Assembly: GCA_902618175.1 (NCBI GenBank)
Contig: CACMZN010000005.1
Coordinates: 5,371 to 69,370, forward strand
DNA length: 64,000 nt
Reading direction: 5' to 3'
From: an uncultured Verrucomicrobiota bacterium
GTDB taxonomy: Bacteria > Verrucomicrobiota > Verrucomicrobiia > Opitutales > Seribacteraceae
Below the pieces are notes generated by a model. It was given only the letters and a program-made list of their open reading frames with translations. It ran no database searches and was not told the origin of the DNA. Each line of letters opens with the position of its first letter. Positions within the stretch are counted from its first letter, which is position 1. The translations under genes were made by a program, and so were the position numbers. Shown one piece after another: positions 19,607 through 28,465 of the stretch.

Positions 19607-20869
19607 TTAAATTGCGTTGTAACCACTCATAAGACTCTGGTTACTCCACAAATAGTCCCATTCCCCGAATCTTCCACATGTAATAATATCATTTTTATGA
19701 AGCCAATCCCTAACAATTTTTCGATTATCTTCCATACCTAAGTCAAAAATTACATTTCCATAATTAATTCTTCTATGATCAACAAATAATATGTCTTTTT
19801 CATCTGCCAAATTCATTTTCTTAAGTGCGTAAATGCAGTTTTTGATTAATGATTTCTTTGTGTATCTTGATTTTAAACCTCTAGAATATATTTCAAATTG
19901 AAGAGAACTAGTATTGGGAGGACAACTATCATTTGACTTTACTGAAGGTGAGTGTGCTCTGCTTGCAAAAATATCTTCATCATAGATGTAGAACCACAGT
20001 TTAGGTGTTATGATTTTATTAAATCCAATGGAAACCAAGTCAATTGATGTCGCACATAATCTTTTTGCTGCTTCTCTAACCGGTAAAGGACATTTTTTAA
20101 TCAATTTGATTAACTCAGGCAATGGTAATGAGGAGACAAGCTTTTCATAGTGCTCTATTTTCTTGTTTTTGAAAAAAAGTTGTTTTTTTCCGATGTCAAT
20201 TTCAGTGCATTTATGATTGTATCTGACATTTGCGATTTCAAGCAAGGGCCTAATGAATGATTTAAATCCGCCCTTACTTGGGTACCGCATTTCCTTTGCG
20301 TAATAGTGATTTGGCGTTGATTCAGAAATTGCTCCGTTCAAAATTTCTTTAAGTTCAGCTCTTCTCATTCTTTTACCAATCCAATTGGTTGAGAGTTTTT
20401 CAGGATCAGTATTCCAGTATTTAAGAGTGTACTTCAGAGGATATCTGAAAGAAATTTTCTCACCGTATTGGTGGATAAGCCAGCTTTTGTAAGACTTATC
20501 GCCAAGAGTTTTTGGTCTTTTAATAAATGATTCGACGAGTTCGACTTTTGTTTTGAGGTCAAGAGGAAAAAGATTGTTTTGAACTGGGTGCTTGAGCCAT
20601 TTATCTTGTTCAAAGCATGTTGATTCAGAAGAATGTTTTATAAATTTCGATTTATCAAAAATTTCTCTTACCTTCTTTTCTTCCGCGAAGCTTAAATGTA
20701 CAGAATAGTCAAACCGAAATTCCTGAACAAAAAAGTTATCAAGGAGTCCTCCACCAGAATCTCTTGCCTCATAAAGGATACATTTTAAGCCAACTTCCTT
20801 AGCTTTTAAGGCAACACCCAGCCCAGAAACTCCTGAACCTAAAACAGTTATTATTAGGGAATTACTCAT
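19607..20869 (-). CDS. FAD-dependent oxidoreductase/pyranose mutase-like (Glf/WbyH-like) protein
   Basis: VLGSGVSGL, YEARDSGGGL, FDYSVH, YPSKGG, GRFGEWDYLWSNQS; start placed at ATG 20869 overlapping the upstream stop. Confidence 0.75.
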   Translation of the reverse strand: MSNSLIITVLGSGVSGLGVALKAKEVGLKCILYEARDSGGGLLDNFFVQEFRFDYSVHLSFAEEKKVREIFDKSKFIKHSSESTCFEQDKWLKHPVQNNLFPLDLKTKVELVESFIKRPKTLGDKSYKSWLIHQYGEKISFRYPLKYTLKYWNTDPEKLSTNWIGKRMRRAELKEILNGAISESTPNHYYAKEMRYPSKGGFKSFIRPLLEIANVRYNHKCTEIDIGKKQLFFKNKKIEHYEKLVSSLPLPELIKLIKKCPLPVREAAKRLCATSIDLVSIGFNKIITPKLWFYIYDEDIFASRAHSPSVKSNDSCPPNTSSLQFEIYSRGLKSRYTKKSLIKNCIYALKKMNLADEKDILFVDHRRINYGNVIFDLGMEDNRKIVRDWLHKNDIITCGRFGEWDYLWSNQSLMSGYNAI

Positions 20870-21731
20870 AATAGTTTTTATAGATATTTGAGATGTAAAA
20901 ATTAAGGCTATCTCTCCAATGAGGCATTTGCTTAATACCAAGTTTTTTCATTTTCCAGTTTTCAGCCATTTCATTGTTAGAAACATCGGCTTTACGATTA
21001 AACTCGTTTGCTGGCTTTTTTTTAATCTCTACAGATATATTTGCTATATTAATAATTGATCTTACATAGTCAAAACGAGAAGCATTTCCTTCACTCACAA
21101 CATTGAATATACCTGTGTAATTTCCTTTCATCAGTAATAACAATTGACTAGCCAAATCATCGCTAAATGTTGGACATCCAAACTGTTCGTTATTTGAAAA
21201 AATAGGGAGCTTTGATTTTTTTGCAACGAGTGCTTCTCGAATTCGATTCCAAACAAAATTTTTCTTTTGCGATGAATTTCCACCAAATAACCAACCTGTC
21301 CTTACTACTAAATTCTTTTTGCTAGCAATTAATACTGATTTCTCTCCTAAATATTTAGAACGATGATGGTGAGTAGTTGGTAATGCTGCATTATATTCCT
21401 TATATGGAATTATCTGCTGTCTACCATAAACACCAGTGCTTGAAAGGTACAAAAGAGGAAGTTCTATTTCTGCACAGATTTGTGCAATTCTATCAGTCAA
21501 AAGATAATTATCGTAGTAGCATTCATTTGGATTCATCTCACACCACTCAACATCTGTATTAGCTGCAGCATGAATAAAAAAGCTAGCTTGCAGACATTTA
21601 AGTTTTTTGGGGAAGTCAGGCTCCCATGCACTAGAATAATTAATTGACAGTATAATAGTACCTTGATCAAAAGATATTTTTTTTAGACTAGATCCTAAAA
21701 GGCCACTAGATCCTGTTAAAACTACTTTAAT
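20862..21731 (-). CDS. RmlD-like NDP-4-keto-6-deoxysugar reductase, apparent ATT start
   Basis: Open frame extends 5' of the ORF-track ATG (21536) through IKVVLTGSSGLLG and IHAAANTDVEWCE; SSTGVYG, HHRSK, RTGWLFG. Confidence 0.75.
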   Translation of the reverse strand: MKVVLTGSSGLLGSSLKKISFDQGTIILSINYSSAWEPDFPKKLKCLQASFFIHAAANTDVEWCEMNPNECYYDNYLLTDRIAQICAEIELPLLYLSSTGVYGRQQIIPYKEYNAALPTTHHHRSKYLGEKSVLIASKKNLVVRTGWLFGGNSSQKKNFVWNRIREALVAKKSKLPIFSNNEQFGCPTFSDDLASQLLLLMKGNYTGIFNVVSEGNASRFDYVRSIINIANISVEIKKKPANEFNRKADVSNNEMAENWKMKKLGIKQMPHWRDSLNFYISNIYKNYYE

Positions 21732-21733
21732 TA

Positions 21734-22144
21734 CTAAACAAGTTTGAATGTGTCGAGCGGAGCATTTTCAGCTTCCTCGGGATCATGTTCGAGATTAGAT
21801 AAATTTAGTATTAGGTTTAGTCCACTGGATTGCCCCTTAAATGCAACCCATAACATTGGACTTATTGTAAGCCTATTATAACAACTTGATCCTAATTCGT
21901 AATTAAATGTTTTGTTTAAAAGTTCATTGTAAATGAAAAACATCACACTTCCACTTGGAACAATGAGATTCATCGTCATTTTTTTGTGCAATTTCCATCC
22001 CTTTATCTCACCATATTTTATTGTTGTGAAGTAAGCCTCTTCAAAGCCCGCAAACCCGTTATCAGATTTTTTCAAAGCATGCATCACATCTCCTTTTGGA
22101 TGATAAATAACTGAAAGTCTATTTAGAGTAATTTTTCTTTCCAT
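21734..22144 (-). CDS. RmlC-like cupin sugar epimerase
   Basis: HPKGDV, EAYFT, IKGWKLH, LWVAF, HDPEE; directly downstream of rfbG. Confidence 0.82.
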   Translation of the reverse strand: MERKITLNRLSVIYHPKGDVMHALKKSDNGFAGFEEAYFTTIKYGEIKGWKLHKKMTMNLIVPSGSVMFFIYNELLNKTFNYELGSSCYNRLTISPMLWVAFKGQSSGLNLILNLSNLEHDPEEAENAPLDTFKLV

Positions 22145-22145
22145 T

Positions 22146-23255
22146 TTAATTACTCCAACTTAATCCTCTTTCACATGCTTTTTGTTCAAAAGTCGCAATA
22201 TTTCCCAAACAAAGGTCTAATGCATCCACTTCATCATGATAAAACGCGTAATACCATTGACTCACATATTTGACGCACTCTTCATAGGTCAATGTTGGGG
22301 TCCATTTCAAATCAAAGAGTGCTTTATCACAGTTGAGTTTAAGCAAACTCCCCTCATTAAAAGGTATGTTACCTTTAATTAAAAAAGCATTTTCTGGCTC
22401 TTTAAAATTCCAATATTTACTCAAGTCTTGTAGTAAATTAATAACACTTTTGTTATGCAATTCTTTTGGACCAAAATTGTAGGATTGTCCACTTAACGAT
22501 GAATTCATCGATAATTCACGAGCTAAATGAAGATAGCCAGATAGTGGTTCCAACACATGTTGCCAAGGTCTAGTTGCATCCGGACAACGAATTTTCACGG
22601 GTAAACCTTTTGCCCAATTTTCAACGCAATCTACAACAATTCTATCTTTAGCCCAATCTCCACCTCCAATAACATTACCGGCTCTCGCACTACATAACCT
22701 AACATTTTCAGACTTGGCAAAATATGATTCGTAAAATGAATGGAAAATTAGCTCAGCACATCCCTTAGAAGCACTGTAAGGATCTCTGCCACCGATTTGG
22801 TCGCTTTCCCTGTAACCCCAAGGCCATTCTAGGTTCTCGTAACACTTGTCAGAAGTAATTATCACAACAGTACAAGGGTGGGAACACTTTCTTACAGCCT
22901 CGAGAATTGTTGCTGTACCGAGCGTGTTTGTAGAAATGGTCTCGACAGGATCATCATAGGAAACTGAGACTATAGCTTGAGCCGCCAAATGAAATATAAG
23001 TTCAGGTTTTGTCTCTTCCAATAAAGAACACATAGATTTCAAATCCCGTATCTCTCCTTTTCTATAATCTAGTGCATTGGATAATTTCGCATTTTCAAAT
23101 AAGGATGGATAAGTAGGTACTTCATTGGACAAACCAACTACATTTGCACCAAGTTTAACTAGCCAAATACTTAACCACGAACCCTTAAAACCTGTATTTC
23201 CCGTAATAAGAACCTTCTTATTTCTGTAGAATCCACTAAAAAAATCGTTTTTCAT
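22146..23255 (-). CDS. rfbG: CDP-glucose 4,6-dehydratase
   Basis: GNTGFKGSWL, HLAAQ, TSDKCYEN, DPYSASK, RAGNVIGGGDW, RPWQHVLEPL. Confidence 0.95.
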   Translation of the reverse strand: MKNDFFSGFYRNKKVLITGNTGFKGSWLSIWLVKLGANVVGLSNEVPTYPSLFENAKLSNALDYRKGEIRDLKSMCSLLEETKPELIFHLAAQAIVSVSYDDPVETISTNTLGTATILEAVRKCSHPCTVVIITSDKCYENLEWPWGYRESDQIGGRDPYSASKGCAELIFHSFYESYFAKSENVRLCSARAGNVIGGGDWAKDRIVVDCVENWAKGLPVKIRCPDATRPWQHVLEPLSGYLHLARELSMNSSLSGQSYNFGPKELHNKSVINLLQDLSKYWNFKEPENAFLIKGNIPFNEGSLLKLNCDKALFDLKWTPTLTYEECVKYVSQWYYAFYHDEVDALDLCLGNIATFEQKACERGLSWSN

Positions 23256-23257
23256 AT

Positions 23258-24025
23258 TCACCAAATTCTCCAAGGAGCATTACCTGCTAACCATAAATTA
23301 CTAAGCATATTCTTGTCACGGATAGTATCCATAGGAGACCAAAATCCTTTATGTTTGTAGACAGTCAATTGACTTTCCATTGCTAGTGCTTCAAGTGGCT
23401 CTTTTTCCCAAGTAATATGGTCGCCTTCGATGTAATCAAGTACACTTGGCTCCAAAACGAAAAAACCACCATTAATCCAAGAGCCATCACCTTCGGGTTT
23501 CTCTTGAAACGAAGTAATCTTTTCTCCTTCAATATTTAAGGCGCCAAATCTACCAGGCGGTTGAACCGCAGTGATCGTAGCTTTCCTTGCAGAAGCATTA
23601 TGATGCTTTAGAGTTGCATTTATATCTACATCCCCAACCCCATCACCGTAAGTAAAAAAGAAGGGTTCATCATCAAGATAATCATGTACTCGTTTAAGTC
23701 GCCCTCCTGTCATCGAATTATTTCCAGTATCGATAACTGTAACTCTCCAATTCTCGGCACCCTTTTTAAGCACCTCTATCTTATTAGACAGTAGATCAAA
23801 GGTAACATCAGATGTGTGTAGAAAATAATTAGCAAAGTATTCTTTTATCAGATAACCTTTATATCCTGTGCAAATAATAAAGTCATTTATGCCAAAATGG
23901 GAGTAAATTTTCATGATATGCCAAAGAATTGGTCTATCACCAATTTCAACCATTGGTTTGGGTTTATGGACAGTTTCTTCAGATAAACGTGTGCCAAGAC
24001 CACCGGCTAATATTACTGCTTTCAT
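23258..24025 (-). CDS. rfbF: Glucose-1-phosphate cytidylyltransferase
   Basis: MKAVILAGGLGTRLSEET, KPKPMVEIG, MTGGRLKR, TYGDGV, INGGFFV, APWRIW. Confidence 0.96.
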   Translation of the reverse strand: MKAVILAGGLGTRLSEETVHKPKPMVEIGDRPILWHIMKIYSHFGINDFIICTGYKGYLIKEYFANYFLHTSDVTFDLLSNKIEVLKKGAENWRVTVIDTGNNSMTGGRLKRVHDYLDDEPFFFTYGDGVGDVDINATLKHHNASARKATITAVQPPGRFGALNIEGEKITSFQEKPEGDGSWINGGFFVLEPSVLDYIEGDHITWEKEPLEALAMESQLTVYKHKGFWSPMDTIRDKNMLSNLWLAGNAPWRIW

Positions 24026-24028
24026 AAT

Positions 24029-25126
24029 TTAGTTTAAGATTTTTGATATTTCATCGATAACACATTTTTGATCTTGGGTGCCCAAATAAGGGCTCATTGG
24101 CAGGCTTAAACAATGGTTTGACAACTTTTCAGAAATCGGAAAGTCCCCTGCTTTTTTACCAAGTTTCTCGAATACGGGCTGTAAATGTAGGGGAACCGAG
24201 TAATATGACACCGATGGTATATTTTTTTCTTTGAGAGATCTATGAATTTCATCTCTTTGCTCAGAAAGAATCGTATACTGAGCATAGACAGAGGTATTAT
24301 ACTTACTAACATGTGGTGTTTCCAAACCATCAAGAAGAACTAAACCTTCTGAGTAAGTTTGCCCTAGTTGCTCTCGCTTTTGCACTTCAACAGGAAACAC
24401 TTCCAAAATTTCTAACAGGATCGCTGCCTGTATGGTATCAAAACGTCCATTAATACCTGATATTGGATGATGATGTTTTCGTTCCTGTCCGTGTACGCGA
24501 ATCCAACGGAACTTTTCGGCCAGTTCATCATCGTTGGTAAATAAGGCACCCCCGTCACCATAACAGCCGAGTGGTTTTGAAGGGAAAAATGAGGTACTGC
24601 CTATGGTTGATAAATTACAGGATTTTTTACCTTTATAAGTTGCACCAAAGCTTTGTGCGGCATCTTCAATAACAGGCAAGTCGTACTTTTGTGCAATCGC
24701 ATTTATAGCATCCATATCCGAGCATTGTCCGTAGATTGATACTGGCATGATTGCTTTGGTTTTTTCGGTTATGGCAGCCTCCAATAGAGTCTCATCCATG
24801 TTCCATGTATCCGAACGAATATCTACAAATACGGGCTTGGCTCCAAGGAGTGCAATGACTTCTGCAGAGGATATCCATGTGTATGGAACAGTGATGACCT
24901 CATCCCCTACACCTACCCTCAATGCCATTAGTGCAATAAGCAAGGAGTCTGTACCGCTGGATACGGTAATGCAGTGTCTGGAACCGGTATATTGGGCAAG
25001 TTTTTCCTCCACTTCGCGAACTTCAGGACCCAATATAAATTGGCTATGTTCCATCACTTTTTGGATACCAGCATTGATCTTATCTCCGATTAGTTGGTGA
25101 CGAGTTTTTAGATCAATGAATTGCAT
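24029..25126 (-). CDS. DegT-family aminotransferase (WbpE/WlbC-like)
   Basis: MQFIDL, SGTDSL, IEDAAQSFGA, SFFPSKPLGCYGDGG. Confidence 0.92.
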   Translation of the reverse strand: MQFIDLKTRHQLIGDKINAGIQKVMEHSQFILGPEVREVEEKLAQYTGSRHCITVSSGTDSLLIALMALRVGVGDEVITVPYTWISSAEVIALLGAKPVFVDIRSDTWNMDETLLEAAITEKTKAIMPVSIYGQCSDMDAINAIAQKYDLPVIEDAAQSFGATYKGKKSCNLSTIGSTSFFPSKPLGCYGDGGALFTNDDELAEKFRWIRVHGQERKHHHPISGINGRFDTIQAAILLEILEVFPVEVQKREQLGQTYSEGLVLLDGLETPHVSKYNTSVYAQYTILSEQRDEIHRSLKEKNIPSVSYYSVPLHLQPVFEKLGKKAGDFPISEKLSNHCLSLPMSPYLGTQDQKCVIDEISKILN

Positions 25127-25472
25127 GACTTTTATTTCTGAATAACTAAGCTAATCCATATAATATCTGAAAGATTTTCTTTGGAATGAATCTTTTTGAT
25201 AAGGTTCAACTGCTCTTCGCCACTTTCCTTGGATATAGAATTTTTATTTTCAACTTCTTAGCTATTTTTATCCGGTTATGGATTTTTTTGGCAACCAGTG
25301 ATTCGTAAAGAGGTTTACAAATTCTAAGGTGATCTCCCAGTTCAGCGTCTCGCTGTGTTAATTCTTTGAATACAATGAACTCATTTCTTGAAATGTTTTT
25401 TTGTACATTAGTTCCAGGCAGTGTTTCGAACAGGTCAAACTATATATACATGCTAATTTAAATTTAAGATTT

Positions 25473-26453
25473 TCAAAGCTGATTGCTCTTTTCAGCGGCT
25501 CTGCACATTTCTTCAACCATTCTTTCAAAGCAAACACTGGGCTTCCATCCAAGTATGTTTTGGGCTTTTGATGAATCTCCACAGAGATGAATGGGTTCAT
25601 TCGGACGAACAAACTTCGGGTTGATACGAATATGTTTTTGATGATCGAGCCCAAAATATTCGAAAGAAAGTTGGAGGAAATCGGAAAGCTTATGAGTTTT
25701 CCCGGTCGCTAGAATATAATCAGACCCTTTTTCCTGCTGGAGCATCATCCACATCCCAAAAACATAATCTGGTGCATATCCCCAGTCTCTTTCTATATCC
25801 AAGTTACCAAGTTCTAAAAATTCAGTATTCTCTTGGGCGATGGATGCCGCTCCACGAACAATTTTTTGGGTTACAAAATTTTCTCCGCGACGGGGAGATT
25901 CGTGGTTGTATAGTATACCATTGGATACATGCATGCCATATCCAGATCGGTAGACCTTACCCATTTCCACACAGAATGCTTTGCAGACGCCATAGGGAGA
26001 GGTTGGGTTAGACTGAGTCTCTTCAGTCTGAATGGTTTCTTGTGCATGACCAAAGATTTCTGAGGAACCAGCAAGATATATTTTGGGCGGTTTTGCCTGA
26101 TCCCGGCAAATCTCCAAAAGTTTGAGGGTCGCATTGGCGATTTCATGGGTAGTAAGCTCAGGTATCTCAAAGCTCAAAGCCACATGGCTTTGACCAGCCA
26201 AGTGATAGACCTCATCCGGATTTACTTTGGAGAAAATTCGGCGGAGGGAAGCATCATCGGACAAATCAGCATAATGTAAAAACAGCGACTTCCCATAAAT
26301 GTTTTCATCTTGGACCAAGTGGTCGATCCGCCATCGGTTCATGGAGCTGGATCGGCGAACAAGACCATGAACATAGTATCCTTTTTCCAAAAGTAATTCC
26401 GTAAGATAAGAACCGTCTTGCCCGGTAATTCCAGTAATGAGGGCTAAAGGCAT
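25473..26453 (-). CDS. gmd: GDP-mannose 4,6-dehydratase
   Basis: ALITGITGQDGSYL, QSHV, SPYGVCK, GILYNHESPRRGENFVT, GNLDIERDWG. Confidence 0.95.
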   Translation of the reverse strand: MPLALITGITGQDGSYLTELLLEKGYYVHGLVRRSSSMNRWRIDHLVQDENIYGKSLFLHYADLSDDASLRRIFSKVNPDEVYHLAGQSHVALSFEIPELTTHEIANATLKLLEICRDQAKPPKIYLAGSSEIFGHAQETIQTEETQSNPTSPYGVCKAFCVEMGKVYRSGYGMHVSNGILYNHESPRRGENFVTQKIVRGAASIAQENTEFLELGNLDIERDWGYAPDYVFGMWMMLQQEKGSDYILATGKTHKLSDFLQLSFEYFGLDHQKHIRINPKFVRPNEPIHLCGDSSKAQNILGWKPSVCFERMVEEMCRAAEKSNQL

Positions 26454-26477
26454 GTCAGTTTTAATAGACTAAAATAG

Positions 26478-26684
26478 TTACTTTTGAGGTAGTTCAGAAA
26501 GGTTTGTCGAGACAACTTTTCCTTCTTTCAAGGACTCAATCCTTACAAGTAAGAGAAAAGCATTTTTAGGAGATTCTAGGATATAGTGCATTTAATCATA
26601 ATTTTGAAGATCATCTCGAAAAACAAACTCATCTTTTAAAGAAGAATGCTTCTTGTTTTTTTTGTCTTTATTTTGGTGAGTCAC
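26478..26684 (-). pseudogene. YefM/Phd-like antitoxin relic
   Basis: Manual translation from GTG 26684: ...QNYD*MHYILESPKNAFLLLVRIESLKEGKVVSTNLSELPQK*, resembling the YefM C-terminus ([23 protein letters not shown]); internal TAA at 26592-26594. Confidence 0.55.
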
Positions 26685-27332
26685 TTAGCTTTGAAAAGAA
26701 TCGTAATCCTGTGATCCTGACGAAAGCTCAGATGGCAAAGGTTCATCTTCATTCAAATCTAAGCAGCGAACCTGATCCTCAACTTTTTCGTAGACAAAGT
26801 GAGATTCAGGACATGTTGCCCTTTCCGACTCGTTAAAAGTAAGCTTGTGCCCATGGCGACTCATGTAACCAGACAATTTGCCGGGGTTGCCCAAGACCAA
26901 CCCGTAATCTGGAATATCTTTGGTGACAACGGCACCCGCACCGACAAAGCAGTAACGACCGAGAGTAATTCCACAGACTACGGTGGCATTGGCCCCTATC
27001 GTTGCTCCTCTCTTGATCAAAGTTTTTTCGTAAAGAGATTTTCGACTGACTTGTGATCTTGGATTGGTCACATTTGTGAGTACGCAGGAAGGCCCCAGAA
27101 AAACATCATCTTCAACTGTTATACCACCGTAAATCGCCACATTGTTTTGAACCTTCACATTGTGTCCAAGCGAGGCGTTATCCGCAACCAATACATTTTG
27201 ACCGAGCGAACATTTGTTTCCAATTACCGCACCCGCACAAACATGCGAAAAATGCCAGATTGCCGTGTCTTCCCCAATGACTGCACCCTCATCCACTACT
27301 GCGGATGGATGAATTTTTAATGAATTAGACAA
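26685..27332 (-). CDS. Hexapeptide-repeat N-acetyltransferase (WbpD/WlbB-like)
   Basis: IWHFSHV, LGQNV, VKVQNNV, FLGPSCVLTNVTNPRS, GATIGANAT. Confidence 0.92.
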   Translation of the reverse strand: MSNSLKIHPSAVVDEGAVIGEDTAIWHFSHVCAGAVIGNKCSLGQNVLVADNASLGHNVKVQNNVAIYGGITVEDDVFLGPSCVLTNVTNPRSQVSRKSLYEKTLIKRGATIGANATVVCGITLGRYCFVGAGAVVTKDIPDYGLVLGNPGKLSGYMSRHGHKLTFNESERATCPESHFVYEKVEDQVRCLDLNEDEPLPSELSSGSQDYDSFQS

Positions 27333-27380
27333 GATTGTTCAGTGCTGAAAAATGAATGAAAGCAAAAGATTGGTAAGCCT

Positions 27381-27911
27381 TCACACTTCTCGCAATGACA
27401 TTCTTTTAGGAGTAAGAATGCTATAGCGTTGGTTTTCAGGTACGTAGTTTCCCTGATCCAAAACATATCTAGTTGGATGGGGAAGAACGCCTTCGGGAAA
27501 ATCTTTCCCAAAGGTTGCATCTAAAATTTCTTTCCAGTTTTTATGTTCGAGCCCGAAACTTAGAATATCTTTGGCTAAACGGTGCAATAATGGTTTAAGC
27601 CTTTCTAACTCAGCAATCCGAAGAATTTTGATGATTTTTACATCTCCAGAAAGCAATTGGGCAGAAACCCGAATAGCTTGTGGGTCATATGGGAGTTCTC
27701 CTAACAGTAATGAGAGCGCTAACTCTTCATTGGAAAGGATACTAGACCCAGGATCTCCTACTGGATCGGTTACTGCAGGATAGTGGTCACAGCCTCTTTG
27801 AACTGCAAGGGTCTGCCATTGCTTGGGATCATGCAACCCTAAGCGAAGCATTTTCATACGCAAAGGTGACATATGATATGTCATTCCAAGCATTTCATTA
27901 AGAGTTTTCAT
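27381..27911 (-). CDS. Hypothetical protein coupled to the upstream nucleotidyltransferase (candidate antitoxin/partner)
   Basis: 176-aa ORF; ATG 27911 overlaps the NTase stop (ATGA); no recognisable catalytic motif. Confidence 0.7.
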   Translation of the reverse strand: MKTLNEMLGMTYHMSPLRMKMLRLGLHDPKQWQTLAVQRGCDHYPAVTDPVGDPGSSILSNEELALSLLLGELPYDPQAIRVSAQLLSGDVKIIKILRIAELERLKPLLHRLAKDILSFGLEHKNWKEILDATFGKDFPEGVLPHPTRYVLDQGNYVPENQRYSILTPKRMSLREV

Positions 27912-28465
27912 ATCATACCTTGTTTCCTTAACCATACTTTATTATTTTCGAAAGCATCTCTTATTTCTGCTTGGTCTGGGCACAATGCTTCAATGCAATA
28001 ACTTCTAAGTTCTTGGGATTTTATTTCTGCATTTTCGAAAATAAAAATAATGTCGGATCGATCTAATGGATCAACCCTCATCATTTTAGTTAAAATCAAG
28101 TCCAGAGGAGAAGGGACAAAAATATTTAGGTAATTCAGTTCATCCTTGTAAATTTTAACCTTATTTGAATACCAATTTGGATGAAGAATTATTTGCTTTT
28201 CATCAAAAATATGAGTCAAATAAAGACTAGATTTTTCAAGATCTTGATTTGTCTTCTCAAGTGCATCCCAAAAATCAATCCTTTTATCAAAAACCTGTAC
28301 TTGAAGCTCAGGAACTATTAAATCAACATCATTGGTAAGTGAAATCCTGCGATCTCCTTCAAAAAGTAAGTGAAGAGCAGATTTCCCATAAACAACTAAA
28401 TCAATTTCGCTTCTCAGATACTTATCTAGAGTTGCGAGAATCATCTTCGTATTGGAGTCACTCAT
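27908..28465 (-). CDS. DUF6036/AbiEii-like nucleotidyltransferase
   Basis: VVYGKSAL...TNDVDL (Pol-beta G-x-S...DxD) and SPLDLILTKMMR...DRSDI motifs. Confidence 0.75.
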   Translation of the reverse strand: MSDSNTKMILATLDKYLRSEIDLVVYGKSALHLLFEGDRRISLTNDVDLIVPELQVQVFDKRIDFWDALEKTNQDLEKSSLYLTHIFDEKQIILHPNWYSNKVKIYKDELNYLNIFVPSPLDLILTKMMRVDPLDRSDIIFIFENAEIKSQELRSYCIEALCPDQAEIRDAFENNKVWLRKQGMI

